DNA of 64,000 bases from the human T2T-CHM13v2.0 reference genome, Homo sapiens, in NCBI RefSeq assembly GCF_009914755.1, contig NC_060946.1; one strand, 5' to 3'. Shown here piece by piece: positions 54,101-64,000 of the stretch. The notes under the pieces are model-generated. The model saw only the letters and a program-made list of their open reading frames with translations. It searched no databases and was not told the origin of the DNA. The position numbers were made by a program, and so were the translations under genes. Positions within the stretch are counted from its first letter, which is position 1, and each line of letters starts with the position of its first letter.

Positions 54101-57100
54101 ACTGGAAAGGAATCAAATGGAACGGAATGGAATAGAATGGAATGGATTGGAATGGAATGGAATGGATTCAACCCGAGTGGAATGGAATGGAATAGAATGG
54201 AATAAACACGAGTGGAATGGAATGGAATGGAATGGAATGGAATGGAATGGAATGGAATGGAATGGAATCAACTCGAGTGGAATGAAATGTAATGTAATGG
54301 AATGGAATGGAATTGAATGGAATAAACACGAGTGGAATGGAATGGAATGGAATGGAATGGAATGGAATGGAATAGAATGGAGTCAATTCAAGTGCAATGG
54401 AATGGTGTAAAATGGAATCGAATGGAATGGAATCAACCAGAGTGGAATGGAATGGAAAGTTATAGAATGGAATGGAATGGAATGGAATGGAACGGAATGG
54501 AATGGAATGGAATGGAATGTAACGGCATGGAATGGAATGGAATGGAATGGAATGGAATGGAATGGCATGGCATGCAATGGAATGGAATGGAGTGGAATAA
54601 ACACGAGTGGAATGGAATGGAATGGAATGGACTGGAATGGAAAGGAATGGAAGAGAATGGAATGGAATCAACACGAGTGGAAAGGAATGGAATGGAAAGG
54701 AATGGAATGGAATGGAAAGGAATGTAATGCAATGGAATGCAGTGTTATGGAATGGAATCAACCCGAGTGCAATGGAATGGAATGGAATGGAATGGAATGG
54801 AATGGAGTGAAATAAACTCGAGTGGAATGGAATGGAATGGAATAGAATGGAATGGAATGGAAAGGAATGGAAGAGAATGGAATGGAATCAACTCGAGTGG
54901 AAAGGAATGGAATGGAAAGGAATGGAATGGAATGGAACGGAACGGAATGGAATGGAATGGAATGGAATGTAACGGCATGGAATGGAATGGAATGGAATGG
55001 AATGGAATGGAATGGAATGGAATGGAATATAACGGCATGCAATGGAATGGAATGGAGTGGATTCAACCCGAGTGGAATGGAGTGGATTGGACTGTAACGG
55101 CATGGAATGGAATGGAATGGAGTGGAATAAACACGAGTGGAATGGAATGGAATGGAATGGACTGGAATCAACCCGAGTGCAATGGAATGGAATGGAATGG
55201 AATGGAATGGAGTGAAATAAACTCGAGTGGAATGGAATGGAATGGAATAGAATGGAATGGAATGGAAAGGAATGGAAGAGAATGGAATGGAATCAACTCG
55301 AGTGGAAAGGAATGGAATGGAAAGGAATGGAATGGAATGGAAAGGAATGGAATGCAATGGAATGCAGTGTTATGGAATGGAATCAACCCGAGTGGAATGG
55401 AATGGAATGGAAAGGAATGGAATGCAATGGAATGCAATGTTAGGGAATGGAATCAACCCGAGTGGAATGGAATGGAATGGAATGGAATGCAATGGAATGG
55501 AATGGAATGGAATGGAATGGAATAGAATGGAATCAATTCCAATGCAATGTAATGGTATAGAATGGAATGGAATGGAATGGAATGGAATCAACCAGAGTGG
55601 AATGGAATGGAAAGGAATGGAATGGAATGGAATGGAATGGAATGGAATGGAATGGAATGGAATGGAATGGAATGGAGTGGAATCAACCCGAGTGGAATGG
55701 ACTGTAATGATCTGGAATGGAATGGAATGGAATGGAGTGGAATAAACACAAGTGGAATGGAATGGAATGGAATGGACTGGAATCAACCAGAGTGCAATGG
55801 AATGGAATAGAACGGAATGGAATGGAATGGAATGAAAAAAACACGAGTGGAATGGAATGGAATGGAATGGAATTCAATGGAATGGAATGGACAGGAATGG
55901 AATGGAATGGAAAGGAATGGAGTGGAATGGACAAGAATGGAATGGAATGGAATGAAATCAACCCGATTGGAATGGAATGGAATGCAATGGAATGGAATGG
56001 AATCAACTGGAAAGGAATCAAATGGAACGGAATGGAATAGAATGGAATGGATTGGAATGGAATGGAATGGATTCAACCCGAGTGGAATGGAATGGAATAG
56101 AATGGAATAAACACGAGTGGAATGGAATGGAATGGAATGGAATGGAATGGAATGGAATGGAATGGAATGGAATCAACTCGAGTGGAATGAAATGTAATGT
56201 AATGGAATGGAATGGAATTGAATGGAATAAACACGAGTGGAATGGAATGGAATGGAATGGAATGGAATGGAATGGAATAGAATGGAGTCAATTCAAGTGC
56301 AATGGAATGGTGTAAAATGGAATCGAATGGAATGGAATCAACCAGAGTGGAATGGAATGGAAAGTTATAGAATGGAATGGAATGGAATGGAATGGAACGG
56401 AATGGAATGGAATGGAATGGAATGTAACGGCATGGAATGGAATGGAATGGAATGGAATGGAATGGAATGGAATGGCATGGCATGCAATGGAATGGAATGG
56501 AGTGGAATAAACACGAGTGGAATGGAATGGAATGGAATGGACTGGAATGGAAAGGAATGGAAGAGAATGGAATGGAATCAACACGAGTGGAAAGGAATGG
56601 AATGGAAAGGAATGGAATGGAATGGAAAGGAATGTAATGCAATGGAATGCAGTGTTATGGAATGGAATCAACCCGAGTGGAATGGAATGGAATGGAGTGG
56701 AATGGAATGGAATGCAATGCAATGGAATGGACAGGAATGGAATGGAATGGAATGGAATGGAATGGAGTGGAATGGACTAGAATGGAATGGAATGGAATGA
56801 AATCAACCCTATTGGAATGGAATGGAATGCAATGGAATGGAATGGAATCAACTGGTAAGGAAACAAATGGAACTGAATGGAATAGAATGGAATGGATTGT
56901 AATGGAATGGAATGGAATCAAACCTAGTAGAATGGAATGGAAAGAATGGAATGAACAGGAATGGAATGGAATGGAATGGAATTTAATGGAATGGAATGGA
57001 ATTTAATAGAATGGAATGGAATGGAATGGAATGGAATGGAATCAACCCGAGTGGAGTGGAATGGAATGGAATGGAAATGAATGGAATAGAATGGAATAGA

Positions 57101-60100
57101 ATGGAACGGAAAGGAATGGAATGAACCCGAGTGGAATGGAATGGAATGGAATGGAATGGAAAGGCACGGAATGGAATGGAATGGAATGGAATGGAATGGA
57201 ATGGAATCAACCCGAGTGGAATGGAATGGAATGGAATCAAACTGAGTGGAATGGAATGGAATGGAATGCAATGGAATGTAATGCAGTGGAAGGCATTAGA
57301 ATCAACTGGAATGGAATGCAGTGGAATGGAATGGAATCAACGCCAGTGGAATGGAATGGAATGGAAGGGATAATAATAAAACGGAATGGAATAAATCCGG
57401 CTGGAATGGAATGGAATGGAATGCAATGGAATGAAATGGAATCAACTCGAGTGGAATGAAATGTAACGTAATGTAATGGAATGGAATGGAATGGAATGGA
57501 ATAGAATGGAATCAATTCGAGTGCAATATAATGGTATAGAATGGAATGGAATAGAATGGAATGGAATGGAATGGAATCAACCAGAGTGGAATGGAATGGA
57601 ATGGAATGGAATGGAATGGAATGGAATGGAATGGACTGTAACGGCATGGAATGCAATGGAATGGAGTGGAATCAACCCGAGTGGAATGGAATGGAATGGA
57701 CTGTAACGGTATGGAACGGAATGGAATGGAGTGGAATCAAACCGAGAGGAATGGAATGGAATGGAATGGAATGGAATGGAATAGAATGGAATCAATTCGA
57801 ATGCAATGTAATGGTATAGAATGGAATGGAATGGAATGGAATCAACCAGAGTGGAATGGAAAGGAATGGAATGGAATGGAATGGAATGGAATGGAATGGA
57901 ATGGAATGGAATGGAATAGAATGTAATGGAATGGAACGGAATGGAACGGAATGGAATGGAATGGAATGGAATGGAATGGAATGGCATGGAATGGAATGGA
58001 ATGGAGTGGAATCAACCCGAGTGGAATGGAGTGGAATGGACTGTAATGGCATGGAATGGAATGGAATGGAGTGGAATAAACACAAGTGGAATGGAATGGA
58101 ATGGAATGGACTACAAACAACCAGAGTGCAATGGAATGGAATAGAATGGAATGGAATGGAATGGAATGAAATATACACGAGTGGAATGGAATGGAATGGA
58201 ATGGAAGAGAATGGAATGGAATCAACTCGAGTGGAAAGGAATGGAATGGAAAGGAATGGAATGGAATGGAAAGGAATGGAATGCAATGGAATGCAGTGTT
58301 ATGGAATGGAATCAACCCGAGTGGAATGGAATGGAATGGAATGGAATGGAATGGAATGGAATGGAGTGCAATGGAATGGACAGGAGTGGAATGGAATGGA
58401 ATTTAATGGAATGGAATGGACAGGAATGGAATGGAATGGAATGGAATGGAATGGAATGGAATGGAGTGGAATGGGCTAGAATGGAATGGAATGGAATGAA
58501 ATCAACCCGATTGGAATGGAATGGAATGCAATGGAATGGAATGGAATAGAATCAACTGGAAAGGAATCAAATGGAACGGAGTGGAATGGAATGGAATGGA
58601 ATGGAATGGAATGGAATGGAATGGAATCAACCCTAGTGGAATGGAATGGAATGAAATCAAACTGAGTGGAATGGAAGGGAATGGAATGCAATGGAATGTA
58701 ATGGAGTGGAAGGCATTTGAATCAACTGGAATGGAATGGAAAGGAATGGAATGGAATGGAATCAACCCCAGTGGAATGGAATGGAATGGAATGGATTATA
58801 ATGGAATGGAATGGAATCAATCTGGGTGGAATGGAATGGAATGGAATGGAATGGAATGGAATGGAATGGAATGGAATGGACTGTAACGGCATGGAATGCA
58901 ATGGAATGGAGTGGAATCAACCCGAGTGGAATGGAATGGAATGGACTGTAACGGCATGGAACGGAATGGAATGGAGTGGAATCAAACCGAGAGGAATGGA
59001 ATGGAATGGAATGGAATGGAATGGAATGGAATAGAATGGAATCAATTCGAATGCAATGTAATGGTATAGAATGGAATGGAATGGAATGGAATCAACCAGA
59101 GTGGAATGGAATGGAATGGAATGGAATGGAATAGAATGTAATGGAATGGAACGGAATGGAACGGAATGGAATGGAATGGAATGGAATGGAATGGAATGGA
59201 ATGGAATGGCATGGAATGGAATGGAATGGAGTGGAATCAACCCGAGTGGAATGGAGTGGAATGGACTGTAATGGCATGGAATGGAATGGAATGGAGTGGA
59301 ATAAACACAAGTGGAATGGAATGGAATGGAATGGACTACAATCAACCAGAGTGCAATGGAATGGAATAGAATGGAATGGAATGGAATGGAATGAAATAAA
59401 CACGAGTGGAATGGAATGGAATGGAATGGAAGAGAATGGAATGGAATCAACTCGAGTGGAAAGGAATGGAATGGAAAGGAATGGAATGGAATGGAAAGGA
59501 ATGGAATGAAATGGAATGCAGTGTTATGGAATGGAATCAACCCGAGTGGAATGGAATGGAATGGAATGGAATGGAATGGAATGGAATGGAATGCAATGGA
59601 ATGGACAGGAGTGGAATGGAATGGAATTCAATGGAATGGAATGGACAGGAATGGAATGGAATGGAATGGAATGGAATGGAATGGAGTGGAATGGACTAGA
59701 ATGGAATGGAATGGAATGAAATCAACCCGATTGGAATGGAATGGAATGCAATGGAATGGAATGGAATCAACTGGAAAGGAATCAAATGGAACGGAATGGA
59801 ATGGAATGGAATGGAATGGAATGGAATGGAATGGAATGGAATCAACCCTAGTGGAATGGAATGGAATGAAATCAAACTGAGTGGAATGGAAGGGAATGGA
59901 ATGCAATGGAATGTAATGGAGTGGAAGGCATTTGAATCAACTGGAATGGAATGGAAAGGAATGGAATGGAATGGAATCAACCCCAGTGGAATGGAATGGA
60001 ATGGAATGGATTATAATGGAATGGAATGGAATCAATCTAGGTGGAATGGAATGGAATGGAATGGATTATAATGGAATGGAATGGAATCAATCCGGGTGGA

Positions 60101-60222
60101 GTGGAATTGAATGGAATGGAATGGAATGGAATGGAATGGATTGGAATTCAATGTAATGGAAACAACCCGAGTGGAATGTAATGGAATGGAAAGGCCTGGA
60201 ATGTAATGGAATGGATTGGAAT
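48139..60222 (+). repeat. Extended HOR copy, 12,084 bp (gains a 1.9 kb duplication, lacks the 320-bp duplication)
   Basis: Boundary landmark at 48139 and 60223, CAATCCTTGT 48734, CAAACCTAGTAG 56919. The block at 58983 is single where other units have it doubled. Confidence 0.88.
52859..56668 (+). repeat. Tandem duplication, 1900 + 1910 bp (52859-54758, 54759-56668)
   Basis: At the junction (54759), GCAGTGTTAT..CAACCCGAGT joins GCAAT..GGAGTGAAATAAACTCGAGT, i.e. a jump back to 52859. Both copies share the private variants GGTGTAAAAT (54404, 56309) and GGCATGGCATGCAAT. Confidence 0.88.
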
Positions 60223-63200
60223 CAACCCGATTCCAATGCAAAGGAATGGAATGGAATGGAATGGAAGGGAATGGAATGGAATGGATAGGAATGGAATGAA
60301 CTGTAATGGAATGGAATGGAATGGAATTTAATGGAATGGAATGGAATCAACCCGAGTGGAGTGGAATGGAATGGAATGGAAATGAATGGAATAGAATGGA
60401 ATGGAATGGAACGGAACGGAATGGAAAGAACCCGAGTGGAATGGATTGTAATGGAAATGAATGGAATAGAAGGAAATGGAATGGAATGGAACGGAATGGA
60501 ACGAACCCGAGTGGAATGGATTGGAATGGAATGGAATGGAAAGGAACGGAATGGAATGGATTGGAATGGAATCAACCCGAGTGGAATGGAATGGAATGGA
60601 ATCAAACTGAGTGGAATGGAAGGGAATGGAATGCAATGGAATGTAATGGAGTGGAAGGCATTTGAATCAACTGGAATGGAATGGAATGGAATGGAATGGA
60701 ATGGAATGGAATGGAATGGAATCAACCCCAGTGGAATGGATTGGATGGGAATGGATTATAATGGAATGGAATGGAATCAATCCGAGTGGAATGGAATGGA
60801 ATGGAATGGATTATAGTTGAATGGAATGGAATCAATCCTTGTGGAATGGAGTGGAATGGAATGGAATAGAATGGAATGGAATTCAATGTAATGGAAACAA
60901 ACCGAGTGGAATGTAATGGAATGGAAAGGACTGGAATCTAATGGAATGTATTGGAATCAACCTGATTCCAATGCAACGGAATGGAAAGGAATGGAATGCA
61001 ATGGAAGGGAATGGAATGGAATGGAAAAGAATGGAATAAACTGGAATTGAATGGAATGGAATGGAATTTAATGGAATGGAATGGAATGGAATGGAATGGA
61101 ATGGAATGGAATCAACCCGAGTGGAGTGGAATGGAATGCAATGAAAATGAATGGAATGGAATGGAATGGAATGGAATGGAATGGAATGGAATCAACCCGA
61201 GTGGAGTGGAATGGAATGCAATGGAAATGAATGGAATAGAATGGAATGGAATGGAACGGAACGGAATGGAATGAACCCGAGTGGAATGGAATGGAATAGA
61301 ATGGAATGGAAAGGCACGAAATGGAATGGAATGGAATGGAATGGAATGGAATGGAATGGAATGGAATGGAATCAACCCAAGTGGAATGGAATGGAATGGA
61401 ATCAAACTGAGTGGAATGGAATGGAATGGAATGGAATGGAATGGAATGGAATGGAGTGGAAGGCATTAGAATCACCTGGAATGGAATGGAATGGAATGGA
61501 ATGGAATGGAATGGAATGGAATCAACCCGAGTGGAATGGAATGGAATGGAATCAAACTGAGTGGAAAGGAATGGAATGGAATGGAATGGAATGGAATGGA
61601 ATGGAATGGAATGGAATGGAATCAACCCGAGTGGAATGGAATGGAATGGAATCAAACTGAGTGGAATGGAAGGGAATGGAATGCAATGGAATGTTATGGA
61701 GTGGAAGGCATTTGAATCAACTGGAATGGAATGGAATGGAATGGAATGGAATGGAATCAACCCCAGTGGAATGGATTGGATGGGAATGGATTATAATGGA
61801 ATGGAATGGAATCAATCCGAGTGGAATGGAATGGAATGGAATGGATTATAGTTGAATGGAATGGAATCAATCCTTGTGGAATGGAGTGGAATGGAATGGA
61901 ATAGAATGGAATGTAATTCAATGTAATGGAAACAAACCGAGTGGAATGAAATGGAATGGAAAGGACTGGAATCTAATGGAATGTATTGGAATCAACCTGA
62001 TTCCAATGCAACGGAATGGAATGGAATGGAATGCAATGGAAGGGAATGGAATGGAATGGAAAAGAATGGAATAAACTGGAATTGAATGGAATGGAATGGA
62101 ATTTAATGGAATGGAATGGAATGGAATGGAATGCAATGGAATCAACCCGAGTGGAGTGGAAAGGAATGCAATGGAAATGAATGGAATGGAATGGAATGGA
62201 ATGGAATGGAATGGAATCAACTCGAGTGGAGTGGAATGGAATGCAATGGAAATGAATGGAATAGAATGGAATGGAATGCAACGGAACGGAATGGAATGAA
62301 CCCGAGTGGAATGGAATGGAATAGAATGGAATGGAAAGGCACGAAATGGAATGGAATGGAATGGAATGGAATGGAATGGAATGGAATCAACCCGAGTGGA
62401 ATGGAATGGAATGGAATCAAACTGAGTGGAATGGAATGGAATGGAATGGAATGGAATGGAGTGGAAGGCATTAGAATCACCTGGAATGGAATGGAATGGA
62501 ATGGAATGGAATGGAATGGAATCAACCCGAGTGGAATGGAATGGAATGGAATCAAACTGAGTGGAAAGGAATGGAATGGAATGGAATGGAATGGAATGGA
62601 ATGGAATGGAATGGAATCAACCACAGTGGAATGGAATGGAATGGAACAGATTATAATAGAATGGAATGGAATCAATCCGGGTGGAATGGAATGGAATGGA
62701 ATGGAATGGAATGGAATCAACTCGAGTGGAATGAAATGTAACTTGATGGAATGGAATGGAATGGAATGGAATGGAATGGAATGGAATACAATGGAATCAA
62801 TTCGAGTGCCATGTAATGGTATAGAATGGAATGGAATGGAATGGAATGAAATGGAATGGAATGGAATGGAATGGAATCATCCAGAGTGGAATGGAATGGA
62901 ATGGAATGGAATGGAATATATTGGAATGGAATGGAATGGAATGGAATGGAATATATTGGAATGGAATGCAACGGAATCAACTGGAATGGAATGGAATGGA
63001 ATGGAATGGATTATAATGGAATGGAATGGAATCAATCCGGGTGGAATGGAATGGAATGGAATGGAATGGAATTCAATGTAATGGAAACAAACCGAGAGGA
63101 ATGTAATGGAATGGAAAGGACTGGAATGTAATGGAATGGATTGGAATCAAACCGATTCCAATGCAACGGAATGGAATGGAATGGAATGGAAAGAAATCAA

Positions 63201-64000
63201 CCCGAATGGAATGGATTGGAATAGAGTGGAATGGAATGGAATGGCATGGAATGCAATGAAATCAACTAGAATGGAATGGAATGGAATGGAATGAACAGGA
63301 ATGGAATGGAATGGAATGGAATGGAATGGAATGGAGTGGAATGGAATGCAATGGAATGAAATCAACCCGATTGGAATGGAATGGAATGCAATGGAATGGA
63401 ATGGAATCAACTGGAAAGGAATCAAATGGAACGGAATCGAATGGAATGGAATGGAATGGAATGGAACGGAACGGAATCAACCTCTGTGGAATGGAATGGA
63501 ATGGAATGGATTATAACGGAATGGAATGGAATCAATCCGGGTGGAATGGAATGGAATGGAATGGAATGGAATGGAATGCAATGTAATGGACAGGAATGGA
63601 ATGGAATGGAATTCAATGGAATGGAATGGACAGGAATGCAATGGAATGTAATGGAATGGAATGGAATGGAGTGGAATGGACTAGAATGGAATGGAATGGA
63701 ATGAAATCAAACCGATTGGAATGGAATAGAATGCAATGGAATGGAATGCAATCAACTGGAAAGGAATCAAATGGAACGGAATGGAATAGAATGGAATGGA
63801 TTGGAATGGAAAGGAATGGATTCAACCCGAGTGGAATAGAATGGAATAGAACGGAATAAACACGAGTGGAATGGAATGGAATGGAATGGAATGGAATGGA
63901 ATGGAATCAACTCGAGTGGAATGAAATGTAATGTAATGGAATGGAATGGAATTGAATGGAATAAACACGAGTGGAATGTAATGGAATGGAATGGAAAGGA
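60223..64000 (+). repeat. Partial HOR copy running off the window end, containing a ~1 kb tandem duplication
   Basis: Boundary landmark at 60223 and CAATCCTTGT at both 60833 and 61868. The sequence is then colinear with the unit to the window end. Confidence 0.85.
60573..62617 (+). repeat. Tandem duplication of ~1.0-1.05 kb (60573-61622, 61623-~62617)
   Basis: The series CAAACTGAGTGGAATGGAAGG..GGCATTTGAAT..GGATTGGATGGGAAT..CAATCCTTGT..CAACCTGATT..CACCTGG occurs twice at offsets 1000-1050. Confidence 0.85.

Larger units (their letters stand above)
1..64000 (+). repeat. Satellite III (HSat3) array: (GGAAT)n/(CATTC)n with interspersed CAACCCGAGT-family 10-mers; pericentromeric or acrocentric heterochromatin of human or great ape
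   Basis: Seen: continuous GGAAT pentamers end to end, same polarity, with recurrent CAACCCGAGT, CAACTCGAGT, CAACCAGAGT, AAACACGAGT, CAAACTGAGT and CAATCCGGGT 10-mers in register. Established: (ATTCC)n interspersed with ACTCGGGTTG is the classical definition of satellite 3, and the ATCATCGAATGG-rich pattern of HSat2 is absent. Confidence 0.98.

Noticed and set aside
15-63859. Hundreds of ORFs in all six frames (MEWNG and FHSIP repeats)
   Set aside because: They are an automatic consequence of a stop-free pentamer. They overlap in all frames, show no domain-like sequence, and their ends move with pentamer-count changes between copies. None is called as a CDS.
1-64000. CRISPR-like look of conserved CAACCCGAGT motifs separated by variable stretches
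   Set aside because: The intervening sequence is GGAAT repeat, not unique spacers. Spacing is irregular, there are no cas genes, and the context is a eukaryotic satellite.
1-64000. Assignment to HSat2, DYZ1 (3.6 kb) or D15Z1 (1.8 kb)
   Set aside because: The ATCATCGAAT-rich HSat2 pattern is absent and no regular 3.6 or 1.8 kb tandem period is visible. Subfamily and chromosome need k-mer classification against a T2T assembly.
1-64000. Canonical heat-shock elements (inverted nGAAnnTTCn arrays)
   Set aside because: The nGAAn units are all head-to-tail. The TTC triplets I checked (GGAATTCAAT, CAATTCGAAT, CGATTCCAAT) are out of register for a canonical HSE, so no discrete site is called.
1-64000. 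Strand inversion, Alu/L1 insertion or unique-sequence island
   Set aside because: I looked for CATTC-polarity blocks and non-satellite stretches and saw none.
1-64000. Pathogenic (TGGAA)n expansion (SCA31-type) or telomeric repeat
   Set aside because: The array is a heavily interrupted, ordered satellite with no flanking unique or TAAAA/TAGAA tracts, and there are no TTAGGG arrays.

Overview
The whole window is classical primate (human-type) Satellite III (HSat3). It consists of (GGAAT)n on the + strand, in one orientation throughout, interrupted every few tens to ~150 bp by the 10-mer CAACCCGAGT and its variants. I see no real genes, RNA genes, transposons or CRISPR arrays. All listed ORFs are translation artefacts of the pentamer (MEWNG on +, FHSIP on -), and I found no new gene-encoded system. 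The interesting signal is architectural. Rare variant landmarks reveal a ~10.5 kb higher-order repeat (landmark at 9810, 21211, 31715, 37665, 48139, 60223) that appears to have grown from a simpler ~8.5-8.8 kb form by nested internal duplications (~0.41, ~1.2 and ~0.32 kb). One copy is truncated to 5.95 kb by a compound junction (jumps of 1419 and 3095 bp around a ~165 bp island). Another carries a 1.9 kb tandem duplication that breaks in the 10-mer. The first ~21 kb is an older, rearranged mosaic containing a local ~3.1 kb A-B-A-B array. The 5-bp register is kept across all 64 kb except for nine -1 shifts, all at copies of one inherited 1-bp deletion. Coordinates were read by eye, and chromosome and subfamily cannot be assigned without a search.
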